From assembly GCA_963721525.1 (NCBI GenBank), contig CAVRJL010000008.1, positions 1 to 64,000 on the forward strand: a DNA stretch of 64,000 nt, read 5' to 3'. The stretch comes from an uncultured Negativicutes bacterium (GTDB lineage: Bacteria; Bacillota; Negativicutes; JBAXTZ01). Positions 9,800-19,365 of the stretch are shown piece by piece; positions within the stretch are counted from its first letter, which is position 1, and each line of letters begins with the position of its first letter. Made by a program: the position numbers and the translations under genes. Under the pieces are notes generated by a model. The model saw only the letters and a list, made by a program, of their open reading frames with translations, made no database searches and was not told the origin of the DNA.

Positions 9800-10039
9800 T
9801 TAAAAATCAAATTCTATTTGCGGCTTTGAATACCTTTTATACAATTCTAATGCTTTTTTATTTCTTATATATTTGAAATTAACATTACGAGGAGAACAAA
9901 GTTCTTGAACAGGGCAACACTCTCCATGACAGCCACCAATTATATAACTAGAGCTATCACATCCCTGATTGCCTTTTATGTCTAAACTTTTTTCACCGAT
10001 AGATTTCAAAAATAACATTTGATTTTTTGTATATTTCAT
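9800..10039 (-). CDS. Small Cys-rich protein ending in QIEFDF
   Basis: CCPVQELC; ...KPQIEFDF*; resembles 10049..10330. Confidence 0.8.
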   Translation of the reverse strand: MKYTKNQMLFLKSIGEKSLDIKGNQGCDSSSYIIGGCHGECCPVQELCSPRNVNFKYIRNKKALELYKRYSKPQIEFDF

Positions 10040-10048
10040 ATTAACTCC

Positions 10049-10330
10049 TTAAAAATCAAATTCTAATTGTTCTGGCTTGAAGGTTAGTTTTTTGTAAAGT
10101 TCATATGCTATTTTATTTCTCTTTATGCCTTTAATCGGACAATAATCTGTTACAAGACAATCCCTACATGTTATTATTCTGCTATCTGGACCATAGCATA
10201 ATCCTACTTCATGTCCATGTAGATAATTATCAGAAAGTTTTTTGAGTATTTTTAGTTGTTCTTTCTCTATCTGCTGCTGTTGTTTTGTTGCCATTATATT
10301 TTTAATTAGGAGGGTATTTCTACCCTCCAT
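10049..10330 (-). CDS. Small Cys-rich protein ending in QLEFDF
   Basis: CRDCLVTDYC; ...PEQLEFDF*. Confidence 0.8.
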   Translation of the reverse strand: MEGRNTLLIKNIMATKQQQQIEKEQLKILKKLSDNYLHGHEVGLCYGPDSRIITCRDCLVTDYCPIKGIKRNKIAYELYKKLTFKPEQLEFDF

Positions 10331-10333
10331 ACT

Positions 10334-10570
10334 TCACTTCTTCTTGGAGCTTATGGACTTATTCTTCGGATCGGCGGCGATAGAGCGAGCTATTACGCGA
10401 GCCTTGCGTTGATCGTGAGAAATCTTGGTGGAAGCGGTAGTTCTCGAACCGTTATGCTTTCCTTTCCACGGCTCTACCCTCGCCTGTATCCTGCTGTCCT
10501 CGTGCTTTCTTACCATGACAGCTATTTGAGCTCGGGTGGGAACGGGACCAGTGAAGACGGTGATAGCCAT
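10334..10570 (-). CDS. Small basic protein with GC-rich codon usage
   Basis: GGAGG RBS; preceded by TTGCCA-N17-TATAAT. Confidence 0.75.
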   Translation of the reverse strand: MAITVFTGPVPTRAQIAVMVRKHEDSRIQARVEPWKGKHNGSRTTASTKISHDQRKARVIARSIAADPKNKSISSKKK

Positions 10571-10828
10571 AACTTGCCTCCTGTGTATTTGATTGCTGTT
10601 TTCCTTGTGAGATAATTATAACTTTTTTACAGAACTTTGGCAAGGATTTATTTTTTTGTGAAAAGCAAACTTACTTCCCATAGAAATATACCTATGTAAA
10701 AGTTTATCCATTCACTACCTTCAATGGAAGATTTAGTAATTTGGAAGGAGAAAGGTAACGAAAAAACAGGTGATTTGTAGATACTTTTAGTTAGTTTTGT
10801 GTTTTTCATTACCCTTTCCTTCTAAAAA

Positions 10829-11368
10829 TTATTCCATCCTGATGGGGAGGATGAGCGCGACCTTGTTCTCCAGAGAGAACATCACGGGTTTCTCGGGAGA
10901 GTACCATGCCACGGAATACTTATCCTCCGAAGCGCCGAGCTCTTGAACGAAATCATAAGAAATAGTCGTGGGCTTTGGGAAGTTTCTGATGAGCTTGGCG
11001 TATTCGAGCGCCTGCGTCACCTTGTTGTTCGAGCAGATGAACTCTACTCTTTGTGCCGGGTCACCGTTTTCGAACTTGGAGTCGAAATTGGGAATCTTTT
11101 CTTTGAGCTCGGCTTCGGGGATGGCGAGGCAGATGCGGTCCGAAGAACAGACGATAATGGCATAGTTGCCATTGATGAAAATGTCCTTATCGAGTCCGGT
11201 GACCCGATGGATGCGATTTTTGTCGGTGACGGTGAGGACGCCATTCTTGATGTTGGCGTAGGAAATGAACTTGGTGGGGTCATCGTTCTTCACTATCTTG
11301 GTCGCCCAAAATAGGTCGGCGGCGAGTTTGGGGTCATCGACCTCAACCATAAACTTGAACTTATTCAC
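10829..11368 (-). CDS. Truncated beta-sliding-clamp (DnaN)-like protein
   Basis: Ordered motifs VTDKNRI (cf. ATDGHRL), IPNF (cf. FPDY), ISYDFVQEL (cf. FNxxYLxD), KPVMF and terminal LILPIR (cf. VVMPMR); 179 aa, about half of DnaN. Confidence 0.6.
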   Translation of the reverse strand: MNKFKFMVEVDDPKLAADLFWATKIVKNDDPTKFISYANIKNGVLTVTDKNRIHRVTGLDKDIFINGNYAIIVCSSDRICLAIPEAELKEKIPNFDSKFENGDPAQRVEFICSNNKVTQALEYAKLIRNFPKPTTISYDFVQELGASEDKYSVAWYSPEKPVMFSLENKVALILPIRME

Positions 11369-11459
11369 GAGTTTCTCCTTGGAGGTAAGTTTTATACTAA
11401 GCCCTATGGCATAGCTTCTTTGTTATATAACTATACATTTTTTTCAGGAAATTGTCAAG

Positions 11460-11747
11460 TTATTTTATTATTCCTTCTCTTAATTTATACTGTTCATACC
11501 ATACATAGTTGGCTACTATGAATTTGGCATCATCTCCAAACCACTGAACGGGAAATTCCTCTACCTTATCAACCTGCCTATCCAGCCAATCGATGTGCCT
11601 AATGCCATAAACCTTACTTAGGATATCTTGTAATTCTTGCCCGTCAGCCATGACAGCTTCTATTGCATTTATATCTTCTATGGGAATAGGAGTTTCCAAT
11701 CCCTTATACCAGTCGAAATTTCCTTCGCTTGAAATTATTCGTAGCAT
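11460..11747 (-). CDS. Hypothetical protein
   Basis: ORF in operon. Confidence 0.7.
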   Translation of the reverse strand: MLRIISSEGNFDWYKGLETPIPIEDINAIEAVMADGQELQDILSKVYGIRHIDWLDRQVDKVEEFPVQWFGDDAKFIVANYVWYEQYKLREGIIK

Positions 11748-11749
11748 AC

Positions 11750-11977
11750 TTAGCTCCTTGTTCTAAGACGTTCAACAAAATCTATGTTTTGCTCGTCTTT
11801 TATTCTCTTTATTTCTTTTTCCGCTTTATATTGTTCAAGAACTTGTTGCCTCATATGAGCATCTTTCTTCAATTCATTGAAGCGGTTTCTTTCATATATT
11901 TTTTCTTTTTTATTTTCGAGTATTTCTTTATATTCTTCTTCTTGCTTTTGTATAACAGAAATCTCATAGTTAGTCAT
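11750..11977 (-). CDS. Coiled-coil hypothetical protein
   Basis: K/E-rich ORF with RBS. Confidence 0.7.
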   Translation of the reverse strand: MTNYEISVIQKQEEEYKEILENKKEKIYERNRFNELKKDAHMRQQVLEQYKAEKEIKRIKDEQNIDFVERLRTRS

Positions 11978-11980
11978 ATC

Positions 11981-12751
11981 TTACTCCTTCATAAGAATTA
12001 ATTTCAAATGGGTATTGTCTTTTAGTTCAATACCGAAATCTTTTTCTACTCTTGTTTTCAAGAACGGTAATATGAAGTGTTCGTGAAAAGTTATTTCATA
12101 ATTTTCAGGTAAAGAGGAAAGCAATTCCTCTCTATTTATAGGGATATAATTCTCTTTTACTTCTCGTTTCCAATTTTGCGTATATCTGTATTTTAGTAAG
12201 TAATGAATTAGATTTTTATTATTTTCTATTGAACCGAAAGCGGTTTCAAAATCATAAAGAGTTTGCTTATCCGCTCTTCTGTATATTTTAGTTATATCGT
12301 TTATGTTGGAGCTTCTCTCTATGGTTTTTGAAGGAACCATATCTCGAATTATGATATAATCCCAACCATAACCAAATACTCTTTTCCAAAACTCTGAAAC
12401 ATCAGAAGTAGTTCCATAAGAATATACTTCATGTATTACCGATGAGAGAATAATTGCCCTCTTTTTTTCGGGATTTATTCTTTTATTCAGCTCTTCCCAA
12501 TTAGAGAAGAAACAGTTGTTCATTCCATCATTCTTTTTGCGAGCTTCTTCCAGCATTTCTTCTGAAATGTCATAGCCATAATACTCAAACTCAGGAAAAA
12601 GTGTTCGAGCAAAATGAATAAGAGAACCATCAGCGCAACCGTAATCTATGAAAACAGTGGCATCTATCTTATCCATGAAGAAAATTTTATCAAGGAGAGT
12701 TTTTCTCATGCTTGAGGTATAAGCTGAAAAATCCTTTATTTCAGCAGACAT
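11981..12751 (-). CDS. Class I SAM-dependent methyltransferase
   Basis: IDYGCADG motif I, GYDISEEM, SSVIHEVYSY. Confidence 0.85.
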   Translation of the reverse strand: MSAEIKDFSAYTSSMRKTLLDKIFFMDKIDATVFIDYGCADGSLIHFARTLFPEFEYYGYDISEEMLEEARKKNDGMNNCFFSNWEELNKRINPEKKRAIILSSVIHEVYSYGTTSDVSEFWKRVFGYGWDYIIIRDMVPSKTIERSSNINDITKIYRRADKQTLYDFETAFGSIENNKNLIHYLLKYRYTQNWKREVKENYIPINREELLSSLPENYEITFHEHFILPFLKTRVEKDFGIELKDNTHLKLILMKE

Positions 12752-13314
12752 GATTTACTCCTTTGAAAAAGATAAAAAAAATGAGAAGAGTTTATCATAG
12801 ACGAAAGACAGTTTTTCAACTATCTTCTGGTTAGGCAATTTCCAGTTTGTTTTCCATATTTCGGCGGCAATGCTTACTTTGAAAAACAGTCTTATTTTCC
12901 TCGCGTCGACCTCACTGTTGGAGTTCGATTAGGATAGCCACTCTCCTCATTCTACCCTTTTACATGATTTCGAGTCTAACAGTAAACTCAATTTCTGCTA
13001 CTTGGGATTTGCCTCATATTCCTCTCACGAGGAAAACAAGTTTGACGATGTTAGTATTGAAACCAGTTACGGGATTACTCCCTAAACCATCGTGCTACAC
13101 ATGCCGTTTCTTTAACTTCAGCCCGGCCAACATATCCTATGACCCAAGGGTGGGCAACCGTTTCTCCTATGAACGGAAGTGAATGTCAGTATAACGCCCT
13201 GATGACGCAACTACTTTTATCTAAAAGCAGGAGTAGAAAATGTGTTTGTCAGCACAAGTAAGAACCGAAGTCCTATTCATCTGCCTTAGCACCTATTTTA
13301 TTACTTATACAATA

Positions 13315-13343
13315 ATTATAGCAAAACTAAAACATTTTGTCAA
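13315..13343 (-). promoter_or_regulatory. sigma70-type promoter driving non-coding units
   Basis: TTGACA-N17-TATAAT with extended TG. Confidence 0.8.
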
Positions 13344-13742
13344 GAAAAAAATGGTAATGTCTAAGGTAGTAAAGCTACTGCTTCGATACCGGTATCTAAG
13401 CTGTTGTGACTTATCATTGCCTGAGAATAGTGGCACTTATGCCTGTTCTCTAAGAAAAATAAAGCGGTGCAGGCGCTGCCCCTGCTGACTGGAAACTGCA
13501 ATAGTTCCAACTACCATACCACCGCAAGGATGGGATTAGCGTCTCTACTTCCGCCTTTGGCCAATGTTTAGCGAGGCGTCAAAGACCTCCCTCTATGGTT
13601 TCCCATAGGTTGACAACTATTTTGCGACTACGTTGTCAAAGTACGTTGTCAAAGTCGTTTGAGCTACTTCGCACCGGACTTCAAGCAAGGGGTTGCGGTC
13701 CCTCATTGTGATAGAACGATGCTGATACCTCATTTACAAAAT

Positions 13743-13837
13743 TATCCCAGCTTGGATTTGAACCACAAGGCTAATTTTTTACAATTAGCAGATTTCTCGA
13801 TTGAAGTCGAGCGTCCTTGGCATTAGACGACTGGGAC
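13743..13837 (-). tRNA. tRNA-Glu-like or pseudo-tRNA with abnormal anticodon loop and extra hairpin
   Basis: Acceptor GTCCCAG/CTGGGAT, Glu-type D arm GTCT..GGAC, stem CTCGA/TCGAG with 6-nt loop CTTCAA, inserted hairpin GCTAATT..AATTAGC, T loop TTCAAAT. Confidence 0.55.
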
Positions 13838-14777
13838 ATGCGTTGTGACTGTAGCTGACAGTAAGCAGGTTGAAAACCTACCATCACCTTGTTTGGGCAC
13901 TCACATCAACATAGCGCCAGACTTGTTACAATCACTATTTATTTACATGAAAAAAGCAATAGCAGATGACGATACCTTCATCCCCTTCTTATCTCCTCGA
14001 GGGAGAACTTTGGCATGCGTGTTTAAACGCACACTGCTCCGGTTGCTATTGCTACTTTATTACATAAAATGAGGATTGCTTCAGAAGGTGCTCTCTGTCA
14101 CCCCTCAATGGGGATGGTAATCTCTCTTTTGTATGGCTACTGCACCGTCTAAATTGTTTAGGGTATGAGATATAGTAGGCGCTAACCTACTTCTATCTAC
14201 TTCCACCCCGACACCATACTCAACCTACCCTAGAAATAGGATTTTTATTTATTTACATGAAAAAAATAATGGCAGATGGCGAGTTCTCCATCCCATACAG
14301 GGGCATTTTTACCTCCACCAAGGAGAAACCCTACTTCACGTTTTTAGACGCGCGTTTTCTTTGGTATGTTGCCATTACTTTTTATAAGACGTTTGGTATT
14401 GAAACCAGTCCCGATTACTCATTAGTTTCCTAACTTTCACCAAACACGTCTTTATCCAACCCGCCCTACACGGGTCTTGTAGGGATTTTTCTCTTGTATG
14501 GCCTACGGTTTTACCGTATCAACTACAAGAAGGTTATCCGCAGGCTTCCTGCTTTTCTTGGTATGTAGTAACCAGCAAGAAGATAACCTGTACGGAGTTT
14601 CACCGTTGCCACGCGAAGTGTGGGTGGCAGTAGGACTTTCTTCAAGGAATTACTTCCGAGAAGTGCCTTTACCTTCTAACATCATTGGCGGAGTGCGAGC
14701 GAGGAACGTCCTGCCCCGCACTCAGGCCATGTTAGTTGGTTATGCGGGCCATTCCACTAGGGAAGTGGCCGGCTCGG

Positions 14778-15152
14778 CTACGCTACACGCTCCTCGGAAC
14801 CCTCGGCATCTTCTGCCTGGGTCTTAGGAGCCTCGATTCCGCCCACCACGTTGGTGATGAAACGGAACTGGATGTAGCGGGTGCCCTCGTCAAGCTTGAC
14901 AGTGGCGGTCTTCTCGTTGACCTTGAGAACGACGGATTCGCGGGTGGCGCCCTTCATGGTGAAGGTTATCTTCGCGCCTGGCGCGAGCTTAGCCTTGGCA
15001 TCTTCGATGCGCTTGGCCTCGATTTCGGCCTTGGATGCCTTAGCGGCTTCCTTGACCTCATCCTTGCGGGACCTCAGAAGCTCAGTGGCCTTGGCCTTGA
15101 CGGCTTCCAGATCTTCGACGGAAAGTCCGTCTAGGATAGTGAGATCGAACAT
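14778..15152 (-). CDS. Lys/Ala-rich protein, helical N-terminus plus SH3/KOW-like C-terminus; paralog of 25498..25986
   Basis: FDLTILDGLSVEDL...ELL...KITFTMKG...RYIQF versus FDMSILDTLSIDEL...ELL...SITFTMNG...RYIHF; strong RBS; GC-rich codons. Confidence 0.85.
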   Translation of the reverse strand: MFDLTILDGLSVEDLEAVKAKATELLRSRKDEVKEAAKASKAEIEAKRIEDAKAKLAPGAKITFTMKGATRESVVLKVNEKTATVKLDEGTRYIQFRFITNVVGGIEAPKTQAEDAEGSEERVA

Positions 15153-16030
15153 GGTTCAACCTCCTTTATCTGAAATAACCGTAGGGAAGGCCCGCGACGC
15201 GAGCTTCTTTATTCCCTCGGTAACATAAACATAACATTTTCCAAAGTTTTTGTCAAGGAAAATGTTTGCCCATTGTTCCTAAAAGAAGGGCAAGCTGAGT
15301 CGAACTTACGTCCGCGCTCCTCCTATCAGAGTGCTTGCCCCAGAGCATTTCTGCCCGTATAGCGCTTATGCGTTTAGATAACCTTTTCAGGTTAGCCATT
15401 CGCAAGTGCCGGAAACCCGGCGAGCGGCCAGTATGCAATGGGAATTACTTCCCGGGTTGCCTAAAAAATAGGCGGTGCTTTGACGGATGGGTTGGGCTGG
15501 CTCACTGAGAGCTCTGGCCGAATTGGTTGTCGTCCGTGTTACTGGCTACCGCCCTATACAAATGGAGTTACCTCCAAATTGCCTAAAATAAGAAGCAGTA
15601 AAACTTTCGTTCTCGTAAAGGGCACCTCCCCTTTACTACTGCTCCAAGCTGGTGTTTTCTGCCCTCCGTAGGGAGCAACGATAGCCAGCAAAACGTATTC
15701 GGTGGCTTTATGCTTTTTGCATAGGTGAACCGCCGAAAGAGCCCTTGACGTTCGCACGCAATTTGCGGGCCAGCCGTTAGGCAAAGCCGATTGCGGAACT
15801 ACTTGTCTGAACGCCGCGTTTGGCACCCGAAGGGCCTAACAGGATGATGGCGTTCTCGGACTTAACAGGTCATTACATCCTGCATTGTAGATTGCCGTTC
15901 GTTGACGGTCAGGGGGTGCTTTCATCCCTGCTTTTACCCACATAGTCCATTTATTGGAAAGCTCAGTAGCCCATTAGAGGTATCGGAGGGTCTTGCCGAC
16001 TGCCCGAACTTCCCTTTTTATTTCCTTACA

Positions 16031-16065
16031 TAATAATTGTAGCATTTTCCAGAAACTTTGTCAAG
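16031..16065 (-). promoter_or_regulatory. sigma70-type promoter, exact 35-bp duplicate of 17158..17192
   Basis: TTGACA-N17-TACAAT; identical TAATAATTGTAGCATTTTCCAGAAACTTTGTCAAG at both sites. Confidence 0.85.
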
Positions 16066-16216
16066 TTTTTTTTATTTTCCTTTTGGCTGGATAAGTTTTA
16101 TTCAGGAAACTTCCTCTGCCACGCTACGAGCAGATTGAAACCTGCTGAAATGCTGTTTGACCCTCTTGTGAAAGGAAACGTCTAACAGGTAATTCCGTTC
16201 TCCAAGGTCATACTAT

Positions 16217-16293
16217 TGCACCGGCAGAAGTCGAATCTGCTATTACTGGCATATGAAACCAGTGTGATTTGTATGTCCGTTTCACTCAGGTGC
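16217..16293 (-). tRNA. tRNA(CAT)-like gene (Met/Ile2) with enlarged D loop
   Basis: Acceptor GCACC../..GGTGC, anticodon stem ACTGGT/GCCAGT with loop TT-CAT-AT, T arm GCAGA-TTCGACT-TCTGC. Confidence 0.6.
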
Positions 16294-17157
16294 TATATTT
16301 TTATATCTAAAGTAGGAAGGTTGGAAAGGCATTTCGGATTTCCTCGGCGCGCTGAACTCCCCCTTCTGAGACGGGCTATAACCGCATCCAACTTTCTATT
16401 TTATTACATTGAAAATGTTTTCTGGAAGGGTCTGGATTACTCCAGAATTGTAGAAACCAACTACTCAGCACGACCGATGGTTCAATCGGATGTTGATACT
16501 TTATTGTGCCTTACACCTTCCAGAAATCATTCTCTATTTATTTGTGTTGAAAAATAGAGCCGTGCCAAGTGGAACTCTGTAATACCGTCCCGTCTTATCG
16601 GGGGAAAGCATACATTATCCACAATGCGCCAACATATCTTCTCACTCCATCTCGGAATTTGAAGTGCCTTGCGTGAGCTTGGCGTTCTCACGTTGATTAG
16701 GCTATTGGCACAGCCCATAGAAAATTTTATTTTATTACATTGAAAGTATTTTATGGTTGGTTGGAGGCTGGATTGCTCCAAAGTGTAGAAACCAACTACT
16801 CGGCACAACCAATGGCTTTGGTCTCTTTTCCGTGCCCTACACTCCAACCATAAAATACTCTCTAAAAAATGGAGGACAGAAAGTCATTCCCTTTAAGGTC
16901 CGGTTTACCGGAACCCGCCCATATCAAGCTCTGGCAGTTTTATTTAAGTCTGTCAACTCTATCTACAAAGCGCTAACGCGCAAAGCAAGCACCCGAGGGT
17001 GGACCGGTATCCTGGCGTGGCCTTTGTAGGCTCAACACTTTCAGTGAAATATCCGGTCTCATTTTAGGAAGCTTGTCAGATGGATATTTGGTTTATGACG
17101 ACCAACTAGTCCAACTAAACTTTCTTCCTTTTTTATATATTTAACTTTCTCTTTCTG

Positions 17158-17192
17158 TAATAATTGTAGCATTTTCCAGAAACTTTGTCAAG
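17158..17192 (-). promoter_or_regulatory. sigma70-type promoter (duplicate copy)
   Basis: TTGACA 17191-17186, TACAAT 17168-17163. Confidence 0.85.
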
Positions 17193-17831
17193 AAAATTGC
17201 TTACAAGGTTTGCTTTTACGCCAAAGGAAAGTACGTCCACCTACCCATCGTTCCACGACCTCTTGGTGATTACGCCTACGTCCAGTTATCTGCCATCAGT
17301 CCCAATGGCCATTGGGATACTCCAACAGCAAACAGCCTACTGTCCCACTTATTTATGGATGGCTGTTCCTAAGCCTACCACCTTATAAACTATTTATTTA
17401 CATAAAATCAGATGGCCAGCGCTAAACGAATTTTGCGCTTTCGCGCCAGCCACCTCATCAATCAAAAATTTATCAGGTTATTTATCAGGTTATTTATCAG
17501 GTTTTTCCCGGGCCTTTACCTTACACCATACTGGCTTGTTTTACCAGTATTTTGTTTCCTAGTGACTGGTGCGCTTTCAGGTAGGCCCGCGAAGTCGAGA
17601 GGCACTCTGCTTGGCATCCATCCCCCTCCTGGTTTTAGACCGATTGTTAGCCCGAAGAACTTGGGCTGGAGATTGACCTTCGAGCCATTTTCGTTTGCTT
17701 TCCGGTCTTTTCTCTTCCTTACATAAAAATTATAACAGTTTCCAGTTTTTTTGACAAGGGAATTTTTTATAATTTTAGATTAATGAATAAATAATATCCT
17801 CACGGAATGAACGACGTTTGAAAGACAAATA

Positions 17832-17866
17832 AAAAGGCCCTACCGTTTTATTTGGTAGGGCCTTTT
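17832..17866. terminator. Bidirectional intrinsic terminator
   Basis: AAAAGGCCCTACC/GGTAGGGCCTTTT. Confidence 0.8.
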
Positions 17867-17975
17867 CTACATACTTGCTACGGAGCCATATCTTGTTGGC
17901 TTCATTAAGTATCACCTGCCTTTATTGTTTTTTTACTTTAAGTGGGAACCTTTCTTTTCAAAGGTTCCCACTGTT

Positions 17976-18233
17976 TCAACTCATCAACTCCGCAGGGTCT
18001 CCCTTCACAAGGATTTCCTGCGCAAGCTTTTCTGAAATACAGACGATGATGACGCCATTAGCATCAAGCGGTCTTGCGTCTGCGTATTCAGGGTCTGCCA
18101 TGAGGCGACCAAGTACTTCTTCCGAAGTATGAGCCCAAATGCCTTGGGAAGATACCGTTGATTGAACATCATCGTTTTCGTCGAAGTCAAAGTAGGAGAT
18201 ATATGATGCTATGAAAAACTTTAAGTATTCCAT
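17976..18233 (-). CDS. Hypothetical protein
   Basis: ORF coupled to the upstream gene. Confidence 0.65.
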   Translation of the reverse strand: MEYLKFFIASYISYFDFDENDDVQSTVSSQGIWAHTSEEVLGRLMADPEYADARPLDANGVIIVCISEKLAQEILVKGDPAELMS

Positions 18234-18239
18234 AGTTCA

Positions 18240-19127
18240 TTACCAAGTCTGGAAGCGATGCTCTGCGGGACGGTTATCCTTCCATTCATCGTATATCTTC
18301 CAGCCGGCGTAAAGAGCCAAACATCCCAGAGTAATCATGACGATGAAGATAAGAATTGCTAATGCGACAACTCCACCCCAATTCTGATTTATTGACACCA
18401 TTCCCTGTGCTATCTGAACCGTTTGGGACTTCGTGTGTAGGAACCACCATTGCTTATCGGAGTTGGGAATAATGATTTCTTTTCCCTTCATCACGATGAC
18501 GATGCCGTCCTCGGTTCTCTGGATACTATCCACCGCTTGATATGCCTTCACATAGGTGGCATAACCACCATCCCACGTAAACTTAGCGGTCTGATAACCC
18601 TCGTCATCATTTGAGTTCATAATAGGTTGATACACCCCATATGTGTAGTAATGAGGAAAATACACATATGAAGTGTCATAGCCATTCATGTAGAGCATTC
18701 GCCCTGCCGATGGCGTATAGATGCTGGTGTAATACGTTGGAGTGTATGAGGTCGAGCCAAACCTTCTTGGGGTGAACGATGTTGAATTGCTCGCGGTGAA
18801 GTTCGAACTCTTCGACGCAGAAAAAGACCCACCAGCAACGATAGCCCTTGAACTTGAATTGGTTATCGTTGATGGACGGGACAAGCTGAAACTATTTGAC
18901 TTGGAGGATGAAAATCCAGATGACGATACCTTGGGCGAGAAGATGCTTGAACTTCGAGAAGCCTTGAAACCTCCCGAAGAAGTTGATGGCCGAATGATGG
19001 GGGATGTGTGAATACTGGGAGATGCGTGGAAGGACGAGGCGTGGAAACTGGACGAAACGTGGGCCGAGAAGCCGAACATCGGCATTGCCAGTAGCAGGAC
19101 GAGAAGAACAATCAGAAATCTCTTCAT
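18240..19127 (-). CDS. Ser-rich membrane protein (signal peptide plus C-terminal TM helix)
   Basis: Likely start MKRFLIVLLVLLLAMPMFG at 19127; low-complexity Ser region; TM segment VVALAILIFIVMITLG. Confidence 0.75.
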   Translation of the reverse strand: MKRFLIVLLVLLLAMPMFGFSAHVSSSFHASSFHASPSIHTSPIIRPSTSSGGFKASRSSSIFSPKVSSSGFSSSKSNSFSLSRPSTITNSSSRAIVAGGSFSASKSSNFTASNSTSFTPRRFGSTSYTPTYYTSIYTPSAGRMLYMNGYDTSYVYFPHYYTYGVYQPIMNSNDDEGYQTAKFTWDGGYATYVKAYQAVDSIQRTEDGIVIVMKGKEIIIPNSDKQWWFLHTKSQTVQIAQGMVSINQNWGGVVALAILIFIVMITLGCLALYAGWKIYDEWKDNRPAEHRFQTW

Positions 19128-19158
19128 GGAAGCCTCTTTATGACCTAAAATATATAAC

Positions 19159-19362
19159 TTAGCGCTCGTATTTGGCTTTGCGGATGACTTGGATTTCTTC
19201 GGGAGTTTTCCCTTTACGTTCGGCCTTGGTAAGCTGAATACTATCCCACGGTTTTGAATGATGATGGCAAGAGCACGAGATGCCATGCTCATGGTTTGTT
19301 GGCACTAAATCAGTAAATGCTCCAAGTGCCAAAGCGTGCAGTAATAATTTATCCTTAAACAT
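19159..19362 (-). CDS. Small hypothetical protein
   Basis: AAGGAG RBS; motif QLTKAERKGKTPEEIQ. Confidence 0.65.
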   Translation of the reverse strand: MFKDKLLLHALALGAFTDLVPTNHEHGISCSCHHHSKPWDSIQLTKAERKGKTPEEIQVIRKAKYER

Positions 19363-19365
19363 GAT

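Larger units (their letters stand above)
12781..14760 (-). ncRNA. Array of structured non-coding RNA units, part 1
   Basis: No credible ORFs; GC-richer units closed by terminal stems (12781-12952, 13955-14053, 14267-14377) with AT linkers. Confidence 0.65.
15265..17725 (-). ncRNA. Array of structured non-coding RNA units, part 2
   Basis: Three promoters (16064, 17191, ~17758) read into ORF-free hairpin-rich DNA; closing stems 16419-16526, ~16556-16717, 16745-16859. Confidence 0.65.

Noticed and set aside
3934-10330. Integron-like attC cassette array based on the repeated AAATCAAATTC
   Set aside because: The repeat is the coding sequence of the QLEFDF tag, varies at synonymous positions, is not palindromic, and no integrase is present.
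13195-13245. Hammerhead ribozyme (CTGATGA)
   Set aside because: No properly placed GAAA with supporting stems, and it lies on the strand opposite the local promoters.
15285-15462. tmRNA (GGAC..TTCGACT near the 3' end)
   Set aside because: T-arm pairing is poor and no G-U acceptor stem or tag ORF is recognisable; kept only as an unassigned structured unit.
17469-17503. Short tandem repeats TTTATCAGGTTA x3 (and ACGTTGTCAAAGT x2 near 13630)
   Set aside because: Too short to assign a function; probably slippage duplications.
12964-17726. Track ORFs in the ncRNA region (e.g. 14498-14827, 15554-15826, 16216-16557, 17412-17726)
   Set aside because: No RBS, atypical composition, and overlap with RNA stems or tRNA-like genes.
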